Shown here one piece after another: positions 25,821-36,009 of a DNA stretch of 64,000 bases. This stretch comes from Nibricoccus sp. GTDB lineage: Bacteria > Verrucomicrobiota > Verrucomicrobiia > Opitutales > Opitutaceae. The first letter of the stretch is position 1. Each line of letters opens with the position of its first letter. The translations under genes were made by a program, and so were the position numbers. The notes below the pieces were generated by a model that saw only the letters and a program-made list of their open reading frames with translations, was not told the DNA's origin and ran no database searches. The DNA lies in assembly GCA_047602425.1 (NCBI GenBank), contig JASGHG010000001.1:2272001-2336000 (forward strand). The letters are read 5' to 3'.

Positions 25821-26160
25821 CTTTAGCGGTTTCACTACGGGAGGTGATTGGTTATAAATTTCATGAATTAGAGACAGGCGGAGAGGCTTTGGAGGTCAGA
25901 CGGTCAACCGGGAAGACTATGTTTGAAGATGCACTATTGTTAGACTGATGTCTTTTTTGCCAAGGGAGGCGCGAATCGGATGCTCACCGTCTTGCAGTTC
26001 TGGTTCTTGCAGGCGTTAGCAGCTTGGTCTCGGCCTGTCTTCCTGCCGGCCGCCACAACTGCCGCCAAAGGTGCCTGTGACACGCAGTTATCCCGAATTT
26101 ACCCTCCCATTTCCGCGTAATTTCGACCATTTCCAAAAGAGATGGCCTGAAAGTTCATCA

Positions 26161-28281
26161 ATGAAATTTCCATTTCTAGATCCCGATCAGCCCCTTGCCG
26201 TCCGCGTGAACGACCTCGTTTCGCGACTCACGCTGCCGGAAAAAATCGCGCAGCTGATGCACGACAATCCCGCAGTCGAGCGCCTCGGTGTGCCCGCCTA
26301 CAACTGGTGGAGCGAGGCTTGCCATGGGGTGGGGCGCAACGGACGGGCCACGGTTTTTCCTCAAGTGATTGGTTTAGGTGCGACCTGGAATCGCGAATTG
26401 GTGCGGCGCATCGCGACTGCGATTTCCGACGAGGCCCGGGCGAAGCATCACATCGCGGCGAATGCCGGGATGCGTGGCCTTTATCAAGGGCTCACATTTT
26501 GGACGCCCAACGTGAACATTTTCCGCGACCCGCGCTGGGGCCGCGGCCAGGAGACGTTTGGCGAAGATCCATTTCTCACCGGAGAACTGGGACTGGCGAT
26601 GGTGAAAGGTTTGCAGGGCGACGATCCCAAATACCTCAAAGTCGCCGCATGCGCGAAACACTTTGCCGTTCACAGCGGTCCGGAGGACGAGCGCCATTCC
26701 TTCGACGCCAGACCCACGCCCAAGGACATGGCGGAAACCTACCTGCCTGCGTTCGAGAAACTGGTGCGCGCCGGCAACGTCGAAGCGGTGATGGGCGCCT
26801 ACAATCGCGTCTATGGCGAGCCGGCCTGCGGAAGTCGCAAGCTTCTGGGCGAGATCTTGCGCGACCAGTGGGATTTCAAAGGCCACGTCGTCAGCGACTG
26901 CGGTGCGATCGATGATTTTCACCATCACCACGGCGTGACCAAGAATGCCGCCGAGTCCGCCGCCTTGGCGGTGAAGAATGGTTGCGACCTGAATTGCGGC
27001 TGCACTTACAACGACCTGACGGTGGCCGTGCGAGAAAAACTGATCTCCGAGTCGGACATCGACGTTTCATTGAAGCGTCTGTTGACGACGAAATTCAAAC
27101 TCGGCCTGTTCGATCCAGCCGAACGCGTTTCTTTCACCTCGATCCCCGCCTCCGTGGTGGAATGTCCGGAACATCGCGCGCTCGCCCGGCAGGCCGCGGT
27201 GGAGTCGATCGTTCTTCTGAAAAATTCCGCCGACGTGCTGCCGCTGCGTCCCGACGTGGCGAGCCTGCTCGTCGTCGGCCCGACTGCGGCCAATATTGGC
27301 GCATTGCTCGGGAACTATTACGGAGTCAGTGCAAACCTGGTGACGATCATGCAAGGGATTGTGGAACGCGCGGCACCTGCTTCGCGCGTGAAATATCGTC
27401 CCGGCTGTCCAATCTCCCAGCCGGGCGCCCCGGGCGTGAACTACACTTTCCCGGCAGCAGCTGGTTCGGAAGTCGTGGTTGCCGTCATGGGCCTCGACCA
27501 CACGCTGGAAGGCGAGGAGGGCGACGCCGTGGCTTCGTCCGTCGGCGGCGATCGTCCGATGATCGAGTTGCCCGAAAATCAACGCATTTTCCTGAAGGAA
27601 CTCCGCAAACATTCCAAAAAGCTCATCCTGGTGATTACCGGTGGCAGTGCGTTAGCAATTCCGGAGGAATTCGATTATTGCGACGCGGTGCTGCAGGTCT
27701 GGTACCCGGGCTGCGAAGGCGGCCGCGCCGTGGCCGACGTGCTTTTTGGCGACGCATCGCCCTCGGGAAAAATGCCGCTCACCGTCCCGCGCAGCACGGC
27801 GGACCTGCCGACGTTCAACGACTATTCGATGGCGGGCCGCACCTATCGCTTTGCAGAGAGAGAGCCGCTGTTCCCGTTCGGTTTTGGCCTGGGGTATGGG
27901 AAGGTCCGCTTCGAGCAGCTGGAACTCGGAGCGGACACGTTGAAAGCGGGCGACTCGTTGAAGGTGCATCTAAAAGTTCAAAACGTCGGCAACCGCCCGG
28001 CGCTTGAAACCGTGCAATGTTATCTGCAAGCGCCGCGCACCATCGCGGGTGCTCCTTATGCTTCGCTGATCGATTTCAAGAAAGTTTCCCTCAAAGCAGG
28101 CGGTTCGGCTGAGGTGGAATTCAATCTCGCGGCCGAGGCTTTCAAGCAAGTCGATGAACAGGGAAACCGGGTCTGGTTGCCCGGCCGCTACACGCTTGTC
28201 GTCGGCGCTGCCTCACCAGGTGCGCGCGCCGAGGCGTTGGGCGCGCCGAAACCGGCGACGGCTTCGTTGACGGTCGCATAG
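26161..28281 (+). CDS. GH3 glycoside hydrolase, probable cytoplasmic beta-xylosidase
   Basis: [50 protein letters not shown] (nucleophile), Fn3-like C-terminus; no signal peptide. Confidence 0.92.
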   Translation: [706 protein letters not shown]

Positions 28282-28315
28282 CCTCAGAACCCGGCCCGGA
28301 CTTTTTTCCAAGGGC

Positions 28316-29608
28316 ATGAAAACACATACTCCAAGGCGCCCCTGGCTGGGTTTCCTGCTGATTGCAGGATTGTTGGCGATTTCATCGGGTTGCGGATTCG
28401 CGTCGGCGACGGATCCACTTCTGAAAAACGGGGAAAGCTGGGTGACAGCCTGGACGACTGCACCTCTGGCTGAAACCCCGGGCAAGGACACGCCTGCGCT
28501 TAAAAATGCAACCCTGCGCCAGGTTGTTCGTGTGACCGCCGCCGGTCGGGCGATCAGAATTCGAATCGGCAATTATTTTGGCAAGGAGCCGCTGGAATTG
28601 AGCGGAGTGCGATTGAATCAAATGAAGAGTTCGGCGAAGGCAGCGGCAGAGATTGTTTATTTTGGCGGGGCAAAGGCAGTTTCAGTTGCCCCGGGGGAGG
28701 CGGTCGTGTCGGACCCGGTTCAACTTCCGGTGGATGCTGGAACGGATCTTTCGGTGGCATTTCACATCGCCGGTCTGCCCGCGACGCTCACCGCTCATCC
28801 CGGAGCGCGGGCGACCTCGTACGTCACACCTGGCAACGTTCTCGACGAGACAAATCCGGCGGCGGCTCCGCTGACTTGCACGCGTTGGTATTTTCTATGC
28901 GGCATCGACGTGTGCGCGGCGTCGACGACGGCTTTGGCGATATTGGGTGATTCGATCACGGACGGTTATGGATGCCCTCCGGATTCGCACAGCCGCTGGG
29001 TCGACGGGCTGGCCCGTCGCTTGCAGGCGAATTCGGTCACGTCGCGAGTTGCGGTATTGAATCTTGGCATTGGCGGTAATCGTTTGTTGCGCGATGGCTT
29101 GGGACCAAAAGCGGTGGCACGTGTGGAGCGTGACGTTTTTGGCCAGCACGGCGTGACGTGCCTGATGATTTTCATCGGTATCAACGACATCGGCACGCGT
29201 GTGGACGCGCGGAAAAAAGGTGCTCCATATGCGTCCGCGGATGACATTATTGGAGGTTTGAAACAAATCGCCGAGGAAGCGCGAAAGCGTGGGTTGAAAG
29301 TTGTCGGCGCGACAATCACGCCGTACGGCGGCAACACCGGTTATTGGAGCGAGGACGGCGAGGCGGATCGGCAAAAAGTGAATGCGTGGATCCGGGACAG
29401 CGGCAGTTTTGATGCAGTGGTCGATTTTGACGCGGTGGTGCGCGACCCCGCGCAGCCGGACCGGCTCGCCGCGGCCTTCGATTGTGGCGACCACTTGCAT
29501 CCTTCATTGGCTGGCTACGCGCGAATGGCGGAGGCGGTGGATCTCTCGGTTTTCATTCCTGCGTCTCAGGAAGCAAAATCCAGCAAGACTGCCCTCGCTG
29601 CTCCCTAA
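28316..29608 (+). CDS. Secreted SGNH/GDSL hydrolase (probable carbohydrate esterase)
   Basis: GDSITDG, NLGIGGN, GINDI and GDHLHP blocks; N-terminal signal. Confidence 0.88.
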   Translation: MKTHTPRRPWLGFLLIAGLLAISSGCGFASATDPLLKNGESWVTAWTTAPLAETPGKDTPALKNATLRQVVRVTAAGRAIRIRIGNYFGKEPLELSGVRLNQMKSSAKAAAEIVYFGGAKAVSVAPGEAVVSDPVQLPVDAGTDLSVAFHIAGLPATLTAHPGARATSYVTPGNVLDETNPAAAPLTCTRWYFLCGIDVCAASTTALAILGDSITDGYGCPPDSHSRWVDGLARRLQANSVTSRVAVLNLGIGGNRLLRDGLGPKAVARVERDVFGQHGVTCLMIFIGINDIGTRVDARKKGAPYASADDIIGGLKQIAEEARKRGLKVVGATITPYGGNTGYWSEDGEADRQKVNAWIRDSGSFDAVVDFDAVVRDPAQPDRLAAAFDCGDHLHPSLAGYARMAEAVDLSVFIPASQEAKSSKTALAAP

Positions 29609-29639
29609 ACCAGAAATTTGCGACAAACAGCGGGCGCGA

Positions 29640-29855
29640 TCCGGCCAGTCATCCAACTCCTTCCCATCGAGCAGTTCTTCATCGTCCAGCAGCGGCAGAT
29701 CCTCAAGCTCCAGTTCTTCCGGCAGTCCGGGAGGCGGCGCTTCCCGCAGTTCATCGGGTGGGGAGGCGGATCTGGGATTTGGTTCGTTACCGCGCTTATC
29801 ACGGTTTTCTGTTAGGTGCATGCGTGCGACGCGAAACAAGCAATGGGCGCGATAA
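29640..29855 (+). pseudogene. Decayed relic of a poly-Ser linker plus Gly-rich membrane-anchor tail
   Basis: Ser run interrupted by codons one substitution from Ser (aac, ttc, cca, ggc, aga, ccg, cgc). A frameshift leads to GGGSGIWFVTALITVF and a second to SVRCMRATRNK. No in-frame upstream gene. Confidence 0.65.
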
Positions 29856-30282
29856 TGGCATGGGACAGACGATGGCATACGACAAGGTGAACAACGCGCC
29901 GGGCTGCCCACGTTTACTGGCGGTTATAAATGGTTAGTGTAGGGGCGCCAGTCATGACGGCAGGCCTGGCTTTTGCAGGTAAATGGCGGTACGGCGGGCA
30001 TAAACCTTCGTGTTTCAAGGCATGGTTTTACCCATTTAAACTAATGTTAGACTAAACTGATTTTTGATTTTCCGCCGATGTTCCCATTACGTTTTACCCA
30101 AGTTTAAGTACTGCTCCTACCACAGGCTCCAGCCCCGCCCCACACCTGCGAATGGCCTCACCCCGCCGTCTCCCCATTTTCATCCGTTTGTAAGCGTTGC
30201 ACGCGATGCCACGGCATTCGCGCGCTTGTAGCATTTCCCCACAAGTCAGCTCCCAACACGAACGACAGTTCCCAACACCAAC

Positions 30283-33200
30283 ATGAAACGCGTTAGCTTA
30301 CCCATATTGCGGACGACAGCGATTTTCGCCCTCTCCGCGTTTGCCACCACCGCCTATTCGCAGGTGGTTAAAAAGTCAGAAGCGATCCCCACCGAACCCG
30401 CAAAAGAACAATCTGCAACGCCTGAAGATCCGGATGAATTGATTGTACTCAGCCCGTTCGAGGTCAGTACGGCCACGGACAAAGGTTACGCGGCCACCGA
30501 AACGATGGCCAGCACGCGCCTGCGCACGGATTTGAAGGACGTCGCATCTTCCGTTTCCGTGTATACACCTGCGTTTATGAAGGACATCGGAGCCACCGAT
30601 GCCGGCACGCTTCTTCAATACACAACCAATGCCGAGGTTGCGGGCACGCGTGGTAGCTATGCAGGCTTGGGAAACAATGCGAGTTTGGACGATACCGCGT
30701 CGCTACGTTGGCCTTCGAACAATCAACGCGTTCGCGGTCTCGATGCGGCCGACAACACCCGCGATCTGTTCAGCACGGATATTCCATTTGATAGCTTCAA
30801 CTCCGACCGCATTGAAATCCTGCGCGGTGCGAACAGCCTGCTGTTCGGCCTCGGCAGTCCGGCGGGCATTATTAACACTGGGTTGCGCAGCGCGGAATTC
30901 CGCAACACGGGTTCGGTAGAATTCCGAGTGGGCTCCTACGGCTCGACGCGCGAAAGTCTCGATGCCAACGTGCAAATCGTTCCGAAGGTTTTGGCGATCC
31001 GCATCGCCGCGATGAACAAAAACGAAAAGTTCCAGCAGAAACCGGCCTTCGAGGACGCCAAGCGTTATTATGGCGCAATTCGTTTCGAACCAAAGCTCTT
31101 CGACAAGTCCGCCTTCAAAACGATTTTCAAGGTCAACTTTGAAAAAGGTGATGTCGATGCCAACCGGCCGCGCATCACGCCTCCCGTCGACAAGATTACT
31201 CCTTGGTTCTCGGAGCAGGATCGGACCAGCATGTTTGGTGGCATGATCCAAAGCGGTACGACCAAGTTTGTCGTGAGCAATCCTTACTCGATCGGCGCTG
31301 CTCCCGCGACCGTCCAGCCTTGGCTCACGGCTCCGGTTAACCAACAACAACCTGCTTGGTACATGGATGGTACGACGGGCCAGCTCTATTCGGCGCAGGG
31401 CGGTTTCATTCACATCGGCGCACGCAACAACGCGGGCGCAGTATCGAATTCCGGTATGCCGGCGCTGAGGTATTCGAGCCAGTTCTATGGCATCAATGGT
31501 CTGAACGGCTACGCGAACGAAGCGAGACTGGCGGGCTACCAATACGGTCAATACAAAGACCAGTCGTTGATGGATCCCACAGTTTTTGATTTCTACAACA
31601 ACTTGATCGATGGTCCAACGAAGTCCGAATTCGAGGATTGGCAGTCATATAATTTCGATTTCACGCAGACGGCATTTAACGACCGGCTCGGTCTGCAAAT
31701 CACGGTGGACCGCCAAAATTATAATCGCGGTGGCCAAAGTTTGTTAGGCTGGGCGCCGACAATTTCGGTCGACCTCACCCAACAATTCCAGGACGGCACC
31801 CCCAACCCGAATTTCGGCCGTCCTTACATCATCGGCAATTCTGGCAACGGCACCTCTTACGAAAGCGATCGCACCGTCGGCCGCGCTCAACTTTTCGGTG
31901 AGCTTCGTGCGACCGATTTGATGAACAAAGGTTTCCTGACGAAGCTGCTGGGTCGCCATCGCTTCCAGGGTTTGTACAGCAATGAAGTCCTCGAAACCGA
32001 CAATCGTGCTTGGGACAATGTTGCCAACAGTCAGGCCTGGCAGGGCTTCTGGACCGGTTCCGACGGCAGCGCGCAGCCGTTCAGGGACCGCAATCCGATG
32101 TCGATCATCTACAGCGGACCGTCGTTGCTGAATGCCGCCTCGGCCCGCGGAGCCAATATCCCACGCATCATGGCTCCGATCGTATATCCGGACGCTAATA
32201 TCCGCGTGTTCAACTCGCAATGGAATGCGCCCGGTTCGGTTTCGCCCACTGCTACCTATACCCCGCCGACCACCGGTTGGGAGAGCATTGCTATAAACCC
32301 GACACACACTACGCCGAATATTTTCCAAGCATCGAATCCCGCGAATTACGTTGGCTGGAGCAGCTTCCCGATGCAATTGCAGCGCTATAACGACGGGGCC
32401 AATCCGTACCTGCTCTCCAAAGCATCGCTTTCGAAGAGAACGGTGAAGTCCTACTCCACGATCTGGACGGGCTTTATGTGGAACGACGCGATTGTTCCCA
32501 CGCTTGGCTGGCGTTATGACCGCGTGACCTCGCAGTTCGTGACCACCGCCTATAACACCGTCGCCGCGCACTCGAACTTTGCGACAACTGGATCCAGAGC
32601 CTACGTCCTTCCGACCGGGCCGGTGCCTCTGAATGCCGATGGCACGAAAATGTTGGATTACTCGAATCAAAACTACCGCATCGATAACGGGCATTCGACT
32701 TCGGGCGGCGTGGTGGTTCATTTGAACAAGCTGTTCACGCGCGATTTCCTGCCTCTCAACGTCAGCCTGACGTATAACAAGTCGCAGAATTTCCAAGTGA
32801 CCGATCCACGAAACAACGTGTTCGGCAAACCGCTCGCGAATCCCGAAGGAAAAACGAAGGAATACGGACTCATGCTCTCGACGAAGGATCGCAAGTATTC
32901 GTTGCGCATCATCAAATACGATTCCTACGTCAGCAACGCTACCATCTCCGGTTTCGACATGTCGGGCATTTCGAACATGCCGCAGCAGGGTATCCGATTC
33001 CGCAACGTATTCCTCTACCAGCTGTCGCCCGCTTATCTGTGGACCCAGCGCGAAACGCCGGCGGACCGCAACAACTGGCAAACGGCTTGGGTCGATAACA
33101 CGACGGGTCGACCGGTGGCAGCTGGTTCGGTAGCAACGGGTCCGGCCAATTCGCATCTGCAAACCGCCGCTGAAGCCACCGCTATGCGCGACGCCTCCAT

Positions 33201-34116
33201 TCGCGCTTGGAATCAAATCCAAGCGGATCTCCAAGCCAAAGGCTTCTGGAGCGCATGGGGTCTTAATCCCGTTCCGGTGTCTGCTTTGACAGATCGCGCC
33301 ACCTATGAGGCTGGCTTGGGCGCCGCCGTATTCGATCCCGCCGCTGGTCGTAATATTGCCGTTCAGACCAACGCCCAATATGCGGTGACGGACCCAAACA
33401 CCATTCAGGCATATCTGGCCACGACTCCGCAAAATCTATCGATCACTTCGGACACCCAATCGAAGGGTTATGAATACGAGTTTGTCGCGAATCCAACCAA
33501 GAATTGGCGCATCCAGATGAGCGCTTCCAAAACAGAGGCGACCCGTAGAAACGTGGGCGGTCCGGAAATTGACTCCTTGGTCACTTATTTCGATGGGCTG
33601 ATGACTGGCCCCGCTGGTGATATGCGCCAGTTCTCTGGTGGCTATTCCCCAACCAACGAAGTGCGCCAAAACTGGAACAACTGGCGCTCCAAATACACTG
33701 CCGCAAAGATCCAGGAAGGCTCAGGCGTCCCTGAAATCCGCAAATGGAGGTATGTCATCACAACGAACTATTCGTTCGATACAGGCTTCTTGAAGGGCGT
33801 CGGCGTTGGCACGAGCTACCGCTGGATGGATAAGGTCGTGATTGGCTATCCAACCTTGGTGATCGATGCCACGAAAGCGACCTACGACTTGTCCAAGCCG
33901 TACTACGGTCCTTCCGAAGACGGTCTGGACGCTTGGATCAGCTATGAACGCAAGCTGACTTCAAAACTTCGCTGGAAAGTACAGTTCAACGTTCGAAATA
34001 TCCTCTACAAAAATGGCCGAATTCCGATCACGGTTGAGCCAGACGGCCAGACTTGGGCCGGCGTTCGCATCAAGCCCACTCAGGAATGGTTCCTGACGAA
34101 TACGCTCATGTTCTGA
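30283..34116 (+). CDS. TonB-dependent receptor (large, Opitutaceae style)
   Basis: Signal peptide, LSPFEV...GY-ATET-STRL, RIEILRGANSLLFG-GSPAGIIN plug, C-terminal Phe. Confidence 0.92.
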   Translation: MKRVSLPILRTTAIFALSAFATTAYSQVVKKSEAIPTEPAKEQSATPEDPDELIVLSPFEVSTATDKGYAATETMASTRLRTDLKDVASSVSVYTPAFMKDIGATDAGTLLQYTTNAEVAGTRGSYAGLGNNASLDDTASLRWPSNNQRVRGLDAADNTRDLFSTDIPFDSFNSDRIEILRGANSLLFGLGSPAGIINTGLRSAEFRNTGSVEFRVGSYGSTRESLDANVQIVPKVLAIRIAAMNKNEKFQQKPAFEDAKRYYGAIRFEPKLFDKSAFKTIFKVNFEKGDVDANRPRITPPVDKITPWFSEQDRTSMFGGMIQSGTTKFVVSNPYSIGAAPATVQPWLTAPVNQQQPAWYMDGTTGQLYSAQGGFIHIGARNNAGAVSNSGMPALRYSSQFYGINGLNGYANEARLAGYQYGQYKDQSLMDPTVFDFYNNLIDGPTKSEFEDWQSYNFDFTQTAFNDRLGLQITVDRQNYNRGGQSLLGWAPTISVDLTQQFQDGTPNPNFGRPYIIGNSGNGTSYESDRTVGRAQLFGELRATDLMNKGFLTKLLGRHRFQGLYSNEVLETDNRAWDNVANSQAWQGFWTGSDGSAQPFRDRNPMSIIYSGPSLLNAASARGANIPRIMAPIVYPDANIRVFNSQWNAPGSVSPTATYTPPTTGWESIAINPTHTTPNIFQASNPANYVGWSSFPMQLQRYNDGANPYLLSKASLSKRTVKSYSTIWTGFMWNDAIVPTLGWRYDRVTSQFVTTAYNTVAAHSNFATTGSRAYVLPTGPVPLNADGTKMLDYSNQNYRIDNGHSTSGGVVVHLNKLFTRDFLPLNVSLTYNKSQNFQVTDPRNNVFGKPLANPEGKTKEYGLMLSTKDRKYSLRIIKYDSYVSNATISGFDMSGISNMPQQGIRFRNVFLYQLSPAYLWTQRETPADRNNWQTAWVDNTTGRPVAAGSVATGPANSHLQTAAEATAMRDASIRAWNQIQADLQAKGFWSAWGLNPVPVSALTDRATYEAGLGAAVFDPAAGRNIAVQTNAQYAVTDPNTIQAYLATTPQNLSITSDTQSKGYEYEFVANPTKNWRIQMSASKTEATRRNVGGPEIDSLVTYFDGLMTGPAGDMRQFSGGYSPTNEVRQNWNNWRSKYTAAKIQEGSGVPEIRKWRYVITTNYSFDTGFLKGVGVGTSYRWMDKVVIGYPTLVIDATKATYDLSKPYYGPSEDGLDAWISYERKLTSKLRWKVQFNVRNILYKNGRIPITVEPDGQTWAGVRIKPTQEWFLTNTLMF

Positions 34117-34144
34117 TCGCCCTTTTGCTTTAGGGTGTGTGGTA

Positions 34145-34180
34145 TCAGGGCGTGGGCATGGCCCACGCCCTGACTGTTTT
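34145..34180 (+). terminator. Strong stem-loop after the receptor gene
   Basis: Perfect 13-bp stem TCAGGGCGTGGGC/GCCCACGCCCTGA followed by CTGTTTT. Confidence 0.65.
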
Positions 34181-34290
34181 AGGAAGGTTATTTAGTTTGG
34201 TTATTTGGAAATTCACGTTCCCCGCCTTCCCAAGAACCTGATGGTGCAAATCTCCAAGCTGGAACCCTCCGTATCCGAATCTCCCCCGCC

Positions 34291-35970
34291 ATGAAACCTG
34301 CTAATCTGATTCTCTTTTTATTGGCCGCGACCGCTTCTGTTCTCGGTGCGGCTGAGCTGCCGCAGCTGCGTAAGCAGGGCACGGCCACACAGCTTATCGT
34401 GGACGGTCAGCCCTTTCTCATGCTCGGCGGCGAACTCGACAACTCCTCCGGCGAACCGGCCTACTTGCGCCGTTCCTGGCCGAAGTTGAAGGCGCTGAAT
34501 ATGAACACGGTGGTGGCGCCCGTTTACTGGCACGTGATCGAGCCGGTCGAGGGTAAATACGATTTTTCGACGGTCGATGGCCTCATCGCCGATGCACGGG
34601 CGAATGGCATGCGGCTTGTACTTCTGTGGTTTGGTTCGTGGAAAAACAGCATGTCGTGCTATGCTCCCGATTGGGTGAAGCGCGATACCGCGCGTTTTCC
34701 GCGGAGCGTGTCCGCCGAAGGCACGACGATGGAAATCATGTCGCCCTTTAGTTCCGCGAACCGCGATGCCGACGTCCGTGTATTTGCCGCTTTGATGAAA
34801 CATCTCCGCGAGACCGACACAGCGCATACCGTGGTGATGGTTCAGGTCGAAAATGAAATCGGCATGATTCCCGACGCGCGTGATCACAGCGCGGAAGCGG
34901 ACCGTCTTTTCGCCGGGTCAGTGCCGACGGCGCTGATGGAATATCTGTCGAAGCATACGACCGAACTTGCCCCTGAGTTGCGCGCAGTTTGGCAAGGAGC
35001 CGGTTCGAAAACCAAGGGCACGTGGTCGGAGGTTTTTGGTACGGAAGCCGCCGCTGAGGAGATTTTCATGGCATGGCATTTTGCGCTCTACACCCACGCG
35101 GTCGCGGCGGCGGGCAAAGCCGAACTGGCGCTGCCAATGTACACGAACGCGGCGCTGATTCGCCCCGGGTATCAGCCGGGCCAATACCCCAGCGCGGGTC
35201 CATTGCCGCACTTGCTGGATGTTTGGCGCGCTGGAGCGCCGGCATTGGATTTTATTTCGCCGGACATTTATTTCGCGGGAAAATTCGCCGAATGGTGCAA
35301 GCTCTACACGCGCGGCGGCAACCCGATTTTCATCCCTGAAACGCTTCGCAGTCCGGAAGCCTCGGTTAATGTACTATACGCCTTCGGCGCACACGATGCG
35401 ATGGGTTTTTCGCCTTACGCAATCGAAGCGATTTCCGAGCCGGGCGAAGGTTTGCTAACCAAGAGTTATGCTTTGGTTGCGCAGCTTGCGCCATTGCTTG
35501 CATCTGTACAGGGAAAGGGCCAGACGGCTGGCTTCCTGCAGGAAAGCGTCGAGAGCAAACAACCGCAGCAGGTTCCCCTCGGCGGCTGGACTATCAACGC
35601 CACGTTTGAGCGCACGACAGGTTCCGCTCTGGCCGACGGGCTTTCCATCGCGGTGGGCACGGAAAATACAATGATGTCCGTATCGGGCGGCGCAGGTCGC
35701 CCGGCGATTACTCTGCCCTCTGGCGGACTCGCGATTTCACTCGGCAACGACGAATTCATTTTTGCAGGTACCGGGCTGGTCCTGACCTTCTCCGCAAAGG
35801 AGGCGGGCATGCAGGCGGGCCTCTTGAGCGTCGAGGAAGGACGTTTTGTCGATGGCAAATGGGAGCATATTCGTTGGCTCAATGGCGATCAGACGCATCA
35901 AGGCCGTCATGTGCGCCTTGAGTCCGGTCGATTCACTATCCAGCGGGTGAAGCTATATCGCTATCGATAG
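34291..35970 (+). CDS. GH35-like glycoside hydrolase with DUF5597-type C-terminus
   Basis: LIVDG-PFLMLGGEL-NSS, WFGSWKN-MS-Y-P-WVK, QVENE, FIPE, RWLNGDQTHQG; signal peptide. Confidence 0.85.
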   Translation: MKPANLILFLLAATASVLGAAELPQLRKQGTATQLIVDGQPFLMLGGELDNSSGEPAYLRRSWPKLKALNMNTVVAPVYWHVIEPVEGKYDFSTVDGLIADARANGMRLVLLWFGSWKNSMSCYAPDWVKRDTARFPRSVSAEGTTMEIMSPFSSANRDADVRVFAALMKHLRETDTAHTVVMVQVENEIGMIPDARDHSAEADRLFAGSVPTALMEYLSKHTTELAPELRAVWQGAGSKTKGTWSEVFGTEAAAEEIFMAWHFALYTHAVAAAGKAELALPMYTNAALIRPGYQPGQYPSAGPLPHLLDVWRAGAPALDFISPDIYFAGKFAEWCKLYTRGGNPIFIPETLRSPEASVNVLYAFGAHDAMGFSPYAIEAISEPGEGLLTKSYALVAQLAPLLASVQGKGQTAGFLQESVESKQPQQVPLGGWTINATFERTTGSALADGLSIAVGTENTMMSVSGGAGRPAITLPSGGLAISLGNDEFIFAGTGLVLTFSAKEAGMQAGLLSVEEGRFVDGKWEHIRWLNGDQTHQGRHVRLESGRFTIQRVKLYRYR

Positions 35971-36009
35971 GCGGAATTTTTCAACAACCAACAAGCAACT
36001 CTAAATTGC

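Noticed and set aside
25872..26040. 13-bp inverted repeat AGACAGGCGGAGA / TCTCGGCCTGTCT as a possible MITE
   Set aside because: Short, one mismatch, does not extend, and no second copy seen.
30189..30201. TGTAAGCGTTGCA, resembling a LacI/cre operator
   Set aside because: Imperfect spacing and not repeated upstream of the other locus operons.
31744..33432. 562-aa antisense ORF in the TonB receptor; similar ones at 13612-15090, 20553-21578 and 24559-25722
   Set aside because: They overlap well-supported genes on the other strand and have no protein-family features.
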